DNA of 64,000 nucleotides from Myxococcales bacterium (lineage in GTDB: Bacteria; Myxococcota_A; UBA9042; JABWCM01; BTVJ01). Shown in pieces: positions 36,665-44,915 of the stretch (within the stretch, counting starts at the first letter, position 1; each line of letters begins with the position of its first letter). A program made the translations under genes and the position numbers. The stretch lies in the NCBI GenBank assembly GCA_045863395.1, contig BTVJ01000016.1:32001-96000 (forward strand), in the 5' to 3' direction. The notes under the pieces were generated by a model that saw only the letters and a program-made list of their open reading frames with translations, was not told where the DNA came from and did no database searches.

Positions 36665-39600
36665 TCAGGGCCGCGTGTACTTGGACACGTCCCCGCCGAG
36701 AGACTCGATGCTGTCGATGAGGAGCTGGGCGGTGTACTTGACGTTGTGGGCCCAGGCGCCGGGCTCCTTCTGGTAGAGCTGGAAGTTGAAGGCCGCCTTC
36801 ATGAGCGCCGGCGTCCAGCCCTTGTAGCTGTTGGCCGAGACGATCTCCGTCGGCTGCCCCACGCCGTCGCCGTTCGTGTCCGCGAAGAAGTAGGGGTTCG
36901 TGTGGCCATCGTACACCACTGGCTTGCCAGTACCCGCGGCCACCGCCTGGATCTGGGCGTATAGATCGTCTGCCAGCGACGACAGCTCCTCGCCCAGGGG
37001 CTCCGCCTTGTTCCCGTCGCCGTCGATGTCGTAGTTGGTCAGCAGGCGGTAGGCCTTGTAGTTGTTCGTCCCGTGGCAGGAGTTGCACCACGCGACGTTG
37101 TCCTCCACCGTGAACGAGTGCTTCGTGTTGACCGGCGAGTGGCACTGGACGCAGGCCGTGCCGCCCAGGTGGGTGGACTTGCCCGCGTAGGTCTTGCCGT
37201 CGAACTCGTAGCCCACCCCCGCCTCGCTGCCAAGGAGCGTCGCCGCCGCGGGCAGATAGTGGACGTTGCGGAAGCCGAGCCCGCCGCCGGCGATGTAGTC
37301 GTCCACCGTCTTCTTGGACTCCCGGCCGCTGTGGCACGTGGCGCAGAGGTTGTCTGCAGGCGTGAGGCTCGTCACCACCTTGGACCCCGGGAAGGTCACC
37401 GACGAGACGGCATGAAGCGCGTAGCCCGGCACCGTGGAGTGACAGGTGGCGCAGGTCAGCCCGTTGCCCGGCGCAGACGCCTTCGTGATGCCGTAGGTGT
37501 GGAAGAAGCGGTTGCCCTCCCCCGAGTGGCACTTGCTGCAGTTTGCGGGCACCGCGCCCTGTGCGTCCCAGTTGCGCCACGGGCGCGCGCCGCCGTCGAA
37601 GTGGCCGCCGTCGCCCCGGTCACCGGCAAAGCCCGTCGTGGCAGGGAGCGCGCCGTTCAGGTCCTCGATGGAGTCCACCATCACCTGGATGACATACTTG
37701 CCGTTGTGGGCGAAGGTGCCCGGGTCCTTCTGCCAGTACTGGTAGTTGTAGGCGGCGCGCAGGAGCCGCGGCGTGAAGCTCACATACTTGTTGGCGTTGA
37801 CCGCCTCCTCCGCGCTGGCGACCCCGTCGCCGTCCGTGTCGATGAAGAAGTACGGGTGGGTGTGGCTGTCGTACACGATGGCCGTGCCCGCCACGTCCTT
37901 CGCGTAGGCCGTGATGGCCTTGAGCAGCTCGGCCCCGAGCCCGTCCATCTCCTGCTTGATGCTCTCGCTCCGGTTGCCGTCGCCGTCGTAGTCGCCCGTG
38001 GAACCGAACATACGAATGGTGCCCTCGATGGACGCGACGTCCGTCACGCCCGTGTGGCACTGGGCGCACTCGTCGAAGCGCAGCTCCAGCGTGTGTTGGT
38101 TGTGGCACCCGGTGCAGGCCCGGTAGTTCTCGACGTGGTGGTTGCGCTTGTCGTAGAGCTTGCCGGCGTACTGGTAGGCGCCCTGGACCTCGCTGCCGAG
38201 CAGGGTCGCGCCCGCCGCCAGGTAGTGGATGTTCGTGAACGACAGCGCCGCGGAGACCGTGTCGTCGTCCGCCAGGGCCGCCGCGGTGATCTTGTCGTCC
38301 ACGTCCGGCGTAGACGCGCGGCCCTGGTGGCAGGTCATGCACCGGGAGTCCGCGCCGTAGCCAGTGATGGTCACGCCCGACGGGAAGGTGACCGTGTCCA
38401 GCTTCTGCGTCGCGGCGTTGTGACAGGTCTCGCACGAGACGACCGTCCCGGTCGGGGCCGGCTTGTCGACGATGCCCACTGCGCTGCCGTCCCCCCCAAG
38501 GAAGTCGATGTACCCCGGGCTGGAGTGGCACTTGGCACACCCGGTGGGGATGGCCCCCTGCGCGTTCCAGTTGTTGAACGCGAGCGCCGTGGAGTCCGCG
38601 TGGGCCGACTTCACCCACTGGTCGAAGAACGGGGGCTGCTGGGGGTCGTAGTTTCCGACGACGACGATGCCCAGGGAGCCCGTGGCGCCCGTATCGACAC
38701 CCGTGGCAGAGATGATCGCCTCGCCGGGCTCGTTGCCGTGGACCAGCCCGTCCGCGTCGACGGGCGCGACGCTCGGGTTGCTGCTCTGCCAGGTGTAGCC
38801 GGAGTCGACGCCGTTGACCGTCGCTGCGCTCAGCGCCAGCGTCCCGTTGAGGTCGACCGTGAAGTCCCCGACCACGGACACGACCGGGACGGGCAGCGGC
38901 ACGTCCGCCGCCACCACGATGGTGTGCTTGTCGGTGGCCTTCGTGTCCTTGCCCGTGGCCGTGATCACCGCCACGCCGTCGCCGTTGGCCGTCACGACGC
39001 CGCCCACGTCCACGCTGGCGACGCCACCGTTGCTCGTCGACCAGTCGTAGCCGCTGTCCTCGCCGTTGACCGTCACCACCGAGAGCACCGTGGTCTGGCC
39101 GGGCTCGAGCAGGGTCTCGCCGTCCACGATGACCACCGGTGTCGGGGGAGGAGGCTCCACCGGGGGCTCCGGGTCCTTGCGCACGACGATGCCGTGCTTG
39201 CCCTCTTTGCCCGTGTCCGCGCCCTTGGCCGTGATGATCGCCTCACCGTCCGCGACGCCGGTCACGACGCCCGCGGTCACCGTCGCCACGGCGGGGTCGC
39301 TCGACGACCACACGTAGCTCCCGTCCTCGCCGTTGGCCGTGGTGGCGGTCAGGGTCAGCGTCTGCGTGGGCTTGAGGAAGTTGCCGCCCGTGACGGTCAC
39401 CACCACCTCCGGGTCGGGCGGCGGTGGGATGATCACGGGCTCCTCCGCGACCACGATGCCGTGCGCCCCCTGCGCCCCGCTGTCGACGCCCGTGGCCGTG
39501 ATGGTTGCCACGCCGCTCTTGACGGCGGTGACGAGGCCCTTGCCGTCGACGGTCGCGACGTCCGTGTTCTGGGAGGCCCACGAGTAGCCCGTGTCCTCGC

Positions 39601-40051
39601 CGTTGAGGGTCTCGGCGGTCAGCGCGACCGTGCCGCCCACCTCCACGGCGTAGTCGCCGGTGACGCGCACCACCGGGGTCGCGGGATCGACGACGCCCGG
39701 GGTCTCCGGAATGGCGGTGACCACCACGCCCCGCTCGCCGCTGAGGAGAGACGTGACGCCGGTCGCCGTGATCGTGACGACGCCCGCCTTCACGCCCGTC
39801 ACCACTCCATCGGCGACGGTCGCGATGGCCTCGTCGCTGGACGCCCAGGTGTAGCCCGAGTCCTGACCGTTGCGCGTCTCTGCGGTCAGCGTGATCGACT
39901 TGCCGACCTGGACGTCGAAGTTGCCCCCGATGACGACGCGCGCCTCCTCGACCTCCACCGTCTCGGTGACCGACTCCGTGTCGCCGCAGCCCGCGAGCAC
40001 CAGCGCGCCAAGCCCCGTCGCGAAGACCACATGCCTTGCCCACCTCGTCAT
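36665..40051 (-). CDS. Lipoprotein: five Ig-like (BIG2-type) repeats + decaheme c-type cytochrome
   Basis: Lipobox LAGC; five YxWxSS...VA[TSP]V Ig repeats; ten CxxCH motifs (CAKCH, CETCH, CMTCH, CTGCH, CAQCH, CSKCH, CATCH x2, CVQCH, CNSCH). Confidence 0.9.
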   Translation of the reverse strand: MTRWARHVVFATGLGALVLAGCGDTESVTETVEVEEARVVIGGNFDVQVGKSITLTAETRNGQDSGYTWASSDEAIATVADGVVTGVKAGVVTITATGVTSLLSGERGVVVTAIPETPGVVDPATPVVRVTGDYAVEVGGTVALTAETLNGEDTGYSWASQNTDVATVDGKGLVTAVKSGVATITATGVDSGAQGAHGIVVAEEPVIIPPPPDPEVVVTVTGGNFLKPTQTLTLTATTANGEDGSYVWSSSDPAVATVTAGVVTGVADGEAIITAKGADTGKEGKHGIVVRKDPEPPVEPPPPTPVVIVDGETLLEPGQTTVLSVVTVNGEDSGYDWSTSNGGVASVDVGGVVTANGDGVAVITATGKDTKATDKHTIVVAADVPLPVPVVSVVGDFTVDLNGTLALSAATVNGVDSGYTWQSSNPSVAPVDADGLVHGNEPGEAIISATGVDTGATGSLGIVVVGNYDPQQPPFFDQWVKSAHADSTALAFNNWNAQGAIPTGCAKCHSSPGYIDFLGGDGSAVGIVDKPAPTGTVVSCETCHNAATQKLDTVTFPSGVTITGYGADSRCMTCHQGRASTPDVDDKITAAALADDDTVSAALSFTNIHYLAAGATLLGSEVQGAYQYAGKLYDKRNHHVENYRACTGCHNQHTLELRFDECAQCHTGVTDVASIEGTIRMFGSTGDYDGDGNRSESIKQEMDGLGAELLKAITAYAKDVAGTAIVYDSHTHPYFFIDTDGDGVASAEEAVNANKYVSFTPRLLRAAYNYQYWQKDPGTFAHNGKYVIQVMVDSIEDLNGALPATTGFAGDRGDGGHFDGGARPWRNWDAQGAVPANCSKCHSGEGNRFFHTYGITKASAPGNGLTCATCHSTVPGYALHAVSSVTFPGSKVVTSLTPADNLCATCHSGRESKKTVDDYIAGGGLGFRNVHYLPAAATLLGSEAGVGYEFDGKTYAGKSTHLGGTACVQCHSPVNTKHSFTVEDNVAWCNSCHGTNNYKAYRLLTNYDIDGDGNKAEPLGEELSSLADDLYAQIQAVAAGTGKPVVYDGHTNPYFFADTNGDGVGQPTEIVSANSYKGWTPALMKAAFNFQLYQKEPGAWAHNVKYTAQLLIDSIESLGGDVSKYTRP

Positions 40052-40404
40052 CTTGCCTACCTCCAGCATCCTGCGCGCCCCGTTTCGGGCGCCACACCGT
40101 CGCTCCCCGGCGTTGCCGAGCGGCGTGCCCATGCAAGCTGAAGCACCCACCACTCAATGCTCCTCATAGCACAGGCGCGCGAAGATCGGTGCAGCGCCGC
40201 GTCACTTTCTGCCTTGACCCAGATCAAGGCCCGCTGGCACGTTCTGTGTTCGCGCAGAATTGACGCCACGGTTGCGCACGACCCTGGGCGCGAAGCCCTG
40301 CGCAGCGACCCGCGGTCTGTCCTGGGCACCTCACCAGCCGATCGTTCCTGGTTGAATCCTGACCTGCCACGGTACAAGCTACCGCGAACCCGGAGGACCA
40401 CGAC

Positions 40405-41277
40405 ATGCTCCAGCGCCCGCCTGCCCCGCCACACCGTGAAGTGTTCGCCGACCCAACGCCGCTCGGCCTCATCGGCCTGGCGGTGGGCTGCGCAGCGCTC
40501 GTGCCCATCGCCTTCGGGTACGCGCTGACCCCGGCGGGCCTCAAGACGGCGGCCATGTTCTGCTTGTTGTTCGGGGCCGGGTGCCAGCTCGTGGCGGGCC
40601 TGCTGAACTTCGCCAACCGCAACCTGTACGGCGCCACCCTGTTCACGGCCTTCGCCTTCAACTGGCTGATGAACTGGTGGGCCCTCGACGGCCTCGCGAG
40701 CGGCTTCGCCCCCGACCACACGGTCGTCCTGGCTACCGAGGTCACCTTCCTCATGATCTTCCTGGTGATCACGTACGGCTTCGGCTTCTACAGCAAGGTG
40801 CTGTTCCTGTTCCTGCTCGACATCGACGTGCTCTTCGTGGCCAAGATCGCCGGCGCCGTGCTCCACACGCGGGCCTTCGAGCCCGTCGTCGCCGTCTGCA
40901 CCGTGGCGCTCGCGTTGATCGCGCTGTGGCTGGCCTTCGCCATCCTGGTCAACCCGGTGGCGGGGCGGGCCGTCTTCCCCATTGCCGGGCCCCTGTTCTT
41001 CGCGCAGCCGGCTCCAGGCTTCAGCGATGGCCCCCGGCGAGCCATCTTCGACACGCTCTACGCGCACTGGAGGACGCACGCCTTCACCCCCATGGACCTG
41101 GACGAGCTGGGCCGTCACATCGGGCAGGACGGGCTCCTCCCGCACCTGCACTACCTGGAGGAGCTCGGCGGGCTGGTCTTCGAGGCGGCCCACCCGGACG
41201 GACGCCCCCAGGCAGTGCGCCTCACCGCCGCAGGCATCGATCTCTACGAGCAGCGGGTGCTGCTCAAGAACGCCTGA
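40405..41277 (+). CDS. GPR1/FUN34/YaaH (SatP-like) acetate/succinate channel with C-terminal soluble extension
   Basis: FADPTPLGLIGL (family A[ND]PxPLGL motif), FGAGCQLVAG, six TMs, then about 80 aa soluble domain. Confidence 0.75.
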   Translation: MLQRPPAPPHREVFADPTPLGLIGLAVGCAALVPIAFGYALTPAGLKTAAMFCLLFGAGCQLVAGLLNFANRNLYGATLFTAFAFNWLMNWWALDGLASGFAPDHTVVLATEVTFLMIFLVITYGFGFYSKVLFLFLLDIDVLFVAKIAGAVLHTRAFEPVVAVCTVALALIALWLAFAILVNPVAGRAVFPIAGPLFFAQPAPGFSDGPRRAIFDTLYAHWRTHAFTPMDLDELGRHIGQDGLLPHLHYLEELGGLVFEAAHPDGRPQAVRLTAAGIDLYEQRVLLKNA

Positions 41278-41286
41278 GGAGGCGCC

Positions 41287-42378
41287 ATGGCCCGCTGGGT
41301 GATGGGGCTCGCCGCGCTGCTCTCCGCGTGCTCGGCCCCCTCCGAGGAGACCGCCGATGTCGGCCCCTGGCAGATCTGGTGGGACGTGGGGCAGGGAGCG
41401 GACACCGCGTCCACGGGTGATGGCGGGCCCGGGGACGCCGGCGGGCCCGGGGGCGCGGGCGGCGCCGACCTGGGGGTGACCGACGTCCAGCAGGAGGCTC
41501 CGGAGGACGCCGCCGCGGACGTGGCCTCCCCCGTGGACTCTGGCGCTCCGTTGGACTCGGAGGCCCCGGCGGACACCGCCCCGGACGCTGGCCCCCCACC
41601 GCTCCTCGTCGACTCCGACAACGACGGCATCCCGGACGTGGCGGACCTCTTCCCGTTCGACAAGGACCTGCCGGGAACGGCCTACGGAGGCGTGGTCTAC
41701 GCCCACACCGCGGACGAGCTGTGGCGCATGGACGTCAAGACCTACAAGCTCGACTTCGTGGCCTTCTTCGGGTGGCCCGCGGACGGCGGCGTCCACGAGA
41801 TGACCGACATCGCCATCGACCGCTACGGGGCCCTCTACGGAGTGTCCTTCTCGGCGGTCTACTCCTGCCACCCGCAGAAGGGCAAGTGCCTGCGCATCGG
41901 GACGCTGCCCACCAACTACAACGCGTTGACCTTCGTGCCGCAGGGGCTCCTCGACGAGGACAAGGACGTGCTCATCGCCATCGGAAACGGGGGCGAGTGG
42001 ACGCGCCTCGACCGGACGGGCGAGACCTTCACGGCCACGAACCTCGGCAAGTACGGCGCCATCTACACGTCGAGCGGGGACGCCTACTCCATCAAGGGGG
42101 TGGGCACCTACGCGACGGTCAACAAGAGCGGAGACTCCTCGGACTGGCTCGTGGCCGTCCACCCGGCGTCGGGACACGTGACCGCCGAGATCGGGCGCCT
42201 GGACGGCTTCAGCTCCATGTTCGGGCTCGCGGGGTGGACCGACCGGGCCTTCGGCTTCGACGAGGGCGGCGCCGTAGTGGTGGTGGACACGGGCACCGGC
42301 AAGGTGGTCAACACCATCCAGAGCACGCCCAAGAAGTGGTGGGGGGCCGGCGTGAGGACGTACATCCCGGCTCAGTGA
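41287..42378 (+). CDS. Lipoprotein with thrombospondin type-3-like Ca motif and beta-propeller-like domain
   Basis: Lipobox LSAC; DSDNDGIPDVADLFPFD; MTDIAID..WWGAGV. Confidence 0.75.
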   Translation: MARWVMGLAALLSACSAPSEETADVGPWQIWWDVGQGADTASTGDGGPGDAGGPGGAGGADLGVTDVQQEAPEDAAADVASPVDSGAPLDSEAPADTAPDAGPPPLLVDSDNDGIPDVADLFPFDKDLPGTAYGGVVYAHTADELWRMDVKTYKLDFVAFFGWPADGGVHEMTDIAIDRYGALYGVSFSAVYSCHPQKGKCLRIGTLPTNYNALTFVPQGLLDEDKDVLIAIGNGGEWTRLDRTGETFTATNLGKYGAIYTSSGDAYSIKGVGTYATVNKSGDSSDWLVAVHPASGHVTAEIGRLDGFSSMFGLAGWTDRAFGFDEGGAVVVVDTGTGKVVNTIQSTPKKWWGAGVRTYIPAQ

Positions 42379-42396
42379 GGCCGGCGAGCCGGGGGG

Positions 42397-43839
42397 TCAG
42401 TTTCCCCCACGCACCATGACGCCGCGGTAGGTGCCGGCGCGGTCCGTCCAGGTCTCTGTGACGAGCTTCAGGTCGCCGTCGAAGTGCGCGAGCGGCACGT
42501 CATTGCTCGAGAGCTTGGCGGTGGCGACCAGGAAGCCCTCCCCGAAGGCCGTGACGCCGTACTGGGGCTTCCAGTCCTCGATGGGCGCCGACTTCTTGCT
42601 GAGCTGCCCCGCGGGCTCCAGCAGCACGAGGTAGCCGGCCCCGGAGACCGTGTGACGACCGCCGAGGATCACGCCCTTCGGGGCGGCGGCGCCCCGGTAG
42701 ATGGTGAGCGGGATGGACGTCGTGTTGTCTCCGTAGTCGCCGAGGATCGCGCCCTTCTTGTCCAGGGCGTAGAGACCCCAGGGCATCACCCCGTCGTCGC
42801 AGAGCACCGTCTGGAGGCTCGGGAGCTGGATGAGGCACTCCGCCTGGGGTCCCTGGAAGCCGAAGGAGATGGTCTCGACGTAGGTGCCGTCGTCCTCGTA
42901 GACCAGGAGCTTCTCCGACGGCCCCCCCACCCAGATGCGCCCGTCCGGCTGGTGGCGCAGCATGGTGTACGCGCCCCAGATGCTGTAGAGGCCCAGGCCC
43001 GTTTTGTCCTTCGTGTCGAACGAATACAGGTGGTTGCCCTCGGGGTCGAACACCTCGACCCCCGGCTGGTGGCGGCTCCCGACGGCGATGCGACCCGCGT
43101 CCAGCTCCAGGAGCGACCAGGGGTTCCCGTCTGCCTGGCCCGAGAAGTACGTGCTCGGGATGCCCTGGCTGATGAAGGTGCCGTCGCTGCGAAACACCTC
43201 GACCACGTCGGTGGTGATCTCCGTGACCCACACGTTGCCCAGGACCTTGACCGTCGCCGTCCGCTGCGTCGAGCAGCCGCCGTCGCTCACGGTCAGGGTG
43301 AACGTGACGGTGGTGGTGCGAAACGCGCGGTCCACCTGATCCACGACGAAGGTCCCCTCGCCTTCGCCGGCCGGAGTGAAGAACTGGCCCATGGCTGGCG
43401 GAGACACGGTGACGGAGACCGTGGCGGAGTCACCCGCGGTCAGGACCAGGCCGAGCTGTGCCGCCTCGCCGAACCGCAGGTACTTGGGGGAGCCTGCGAG
43501 GCCGAAGCCGTCGATGACGATGCCCGGGCAGCCCAGGTCGGGCACGTCGGGCTCGACCGGCACGTCGGGCGTCGGCGTGGAGTCCTCGCCGGCAGTCGTG
43601 TCCACGGTCGCCGTGTCGGCCTCGACCGTGTCGGCCAGCGAGGCGTCCCCCGGGGCGGCGCCCGTGTCTCCTCCGGCGGTCGCGTCGGGGGCCGTCACGT
43701 CGCCCGGGCCGGTGGCGTCTGCCCCCCCGTCCCCCTCGACGAAGCTCGGTCCGCCCGGCCCGATGTTCGTCCCGTCCCCCTTCTTCTCGGCGGTCAGGCA
43801 GCCCGTGATCAGGGCGAGCGCCACGATGGAGATCCGCAT
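42397..43839 (-). CDS. Lipoprotein with Ig-like and NHL/beta-propeller-like domains
   Basis: GGAGG RBS; lipobox ITGC; D/T linker; GNVWVTE..VEVFRSDGTF repeats. Confidence 0.7.
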   Translation of the reverse strand: MRISIVALALITGCLTAEKKGDGTNIGPGGPSFVEGDGGADATGPGDVTAPDATAGGDTGAAPGDASLADTVEADTATVDTTAGEDSTPTPDVPVEPDVPDLGCPGIVIDGFGLAGSPKYLRFGEAAQLGLVLTAGDSATVSVTVSPPAMGQFFTPAGEGEGTFVVDQVDRAFRTTTVTFTLTVSDGGCSTQRTATVKVLGNVWVTEITTDVVEVFRSDGTFISQGIPSTYFSGQADGNPWSLLELDAGRIAVGSRHQPGVEVFDPEGNHLYSFDTKDKTGLGLYSIWGAYTMLRHQPDGRIWVGGPSEKLLVYEDDGTYVETISFGFQGPQAECLIQLPSLQTVLCDDGVMPWGLYALDKKGAILGDYGDNTTSIPLTIYRGAAAPKGVILGGRHTVSGAGYLVLLEPAGQLSKKSAPIEDWKPQYGVTAFGEGFLVATAKLSSNDVPLAHFDGDLKLVTETWTDRAGTYRGVMVRGGN

Positions 43840-43868
43840 GGTCGTACTGCCTCCTCTGGAGGTGACGG

Positions 43869-44915
43869 TCAGAAGGTGAGCCCCCAGCGCATGGAGGCGC
43901 CGGCAGCGGTGGTGGGGGGCGCCGGGTCCCCGGTCTCCCACAGCAGGACGGTGGGGACTACCATGAGCACTCCGACGCCCGCCATGACGTAGGAGCCGAT
44001 CTGGAGCTCGTCGCCGGTGGCGATCAGGTCGTCGAAGCGCGCCGAGTAGCCGGGCTCTTTGGGGTCGAGGCCGTCCGCGGTCTTGAAGCGGTCGTAGGCG
44101 ACGCCGTAGAGGACACCCGCGGTGACCAATGAGGCGATGCCCACCCCCGCGGTCACCCAGCCCCAGTTGAAGGGCTCGGCGACGACCGCGACGGGCTCGC
44201 CCCCCGTGAAGGCCTCGACCTCGAGGACCTCGCCGGCCTCGACCCGCGCCGTGTGCGTCCAGGGGGGGCGACCCTCGGCGGACACCTCCACTGTGTGGAT
44301 GCCCGCAGGCACTGACAGCGCCAAGGGGGCGACCCCGGCGGGGCGCTCGTCGACGCGAACGGTGGCGGGCAGCACGTCGGAGCGCACGCGGAGGGTGCCC
44401 ATGGGGGCGGGCGCCTCCAGGACCAGCAGGACCTCCGACCGGGCTCCGGCCTTCGCGGTCACGTCGAGGCGCGCCGTCCGCTCCCCTGCGCTCGCCGCGA
44501 GCGTGTGACGGCCAGGCGGCAGGCAGAGCGGCGTGGGCCGTGCCGCGCCCCCAACGGTCACGGGTGCCGGCTCCGACGTGGTCACGGTGACGAACGCGCG
44601 CCCCGCCATGGGGCACAGGCGCTCGATGGCTTGTATGGCGGGAGCGGGGTCCGGCGCGACCGCGCGGTGGCGCTCCCAGGCGTCCACCGCGTCGGCGAGC
44701 CGGTCCAGCTTCTCCAAGGTCTTCGCGGTGTTCAGCAGGTAGCGGGGGTCGGGATCGGCGTCCCAGGCGGCCTGGAACGCGGCGAGGGCCTCGGCGTAGG
44801 CGCCCCTCCCGTAGGAGATCTTCCCCTGCTCGTTGAGGGACTCTGCGGTCTGCGCGAGGACCGGAGGCGCCACGCACAGCAGGGCGAGCACCAGGAGCGC
44901 GAGCGTGCGGTTCAC
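43869..44915 (-). CDS. TPR + PEGA domain membrane protein
   Basis: Signal peptide; TPR (GAYAEALAAFQAAW); PEGA (LRVRSDVLPATVRVD..GIHTVEVSAEG); C-terminal TMs. Confidence 0.8.
   Translation of the reverse strand: MNRTLALLVLALLCVAPPVLAQTAESLNEQGKISYGRGAYAEALAAFQAAWDADPDPRYLLNTAKTLEKLDRLADAVDAWERHRAVAPDPAPAIQAIERLCPMAGRAFVTVTTSEPAPVTVGGAARPTPLCLPPGRHTLAASAGERTARLDVTAKAGARSEVLLVLEAPAPMGTLRVRSDVLPATVRVDERPAGVAPLALSVPAGIHTVEVSAEGRPPWTHTARVEAGEVLEVEAFTGGEPVAVVAEPFNWGWVTAGVGIASLVTAGVLYGVAYDRFKTADGLDPKEPGYSARFDDLIATGDELQIGSYVMAGVGVLMVVPTVLLWETGDPAPPTTAAGASMRWGLTF

Noticed and set aside
40052..40404. Riboswitch or sigma54 promoter in the cytochrome/SatP intergenic region
   Set aside because: TGGCACG near 40235 lacks a correctly spaced TTGC, and I could not recognise any riboswitch consensus by eye; an Rfam scan would be needed.
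42397..44877. 826-aa ORF as one protein (similarly 47731..50001, 50002..52374, 53819..57841)
   Set aside because: The upstream parts are alternate-frame run-ons over neighbouring genes; real starts are marked by an RBS and a lipobox or a recognisable N-terminal motif further downstream.
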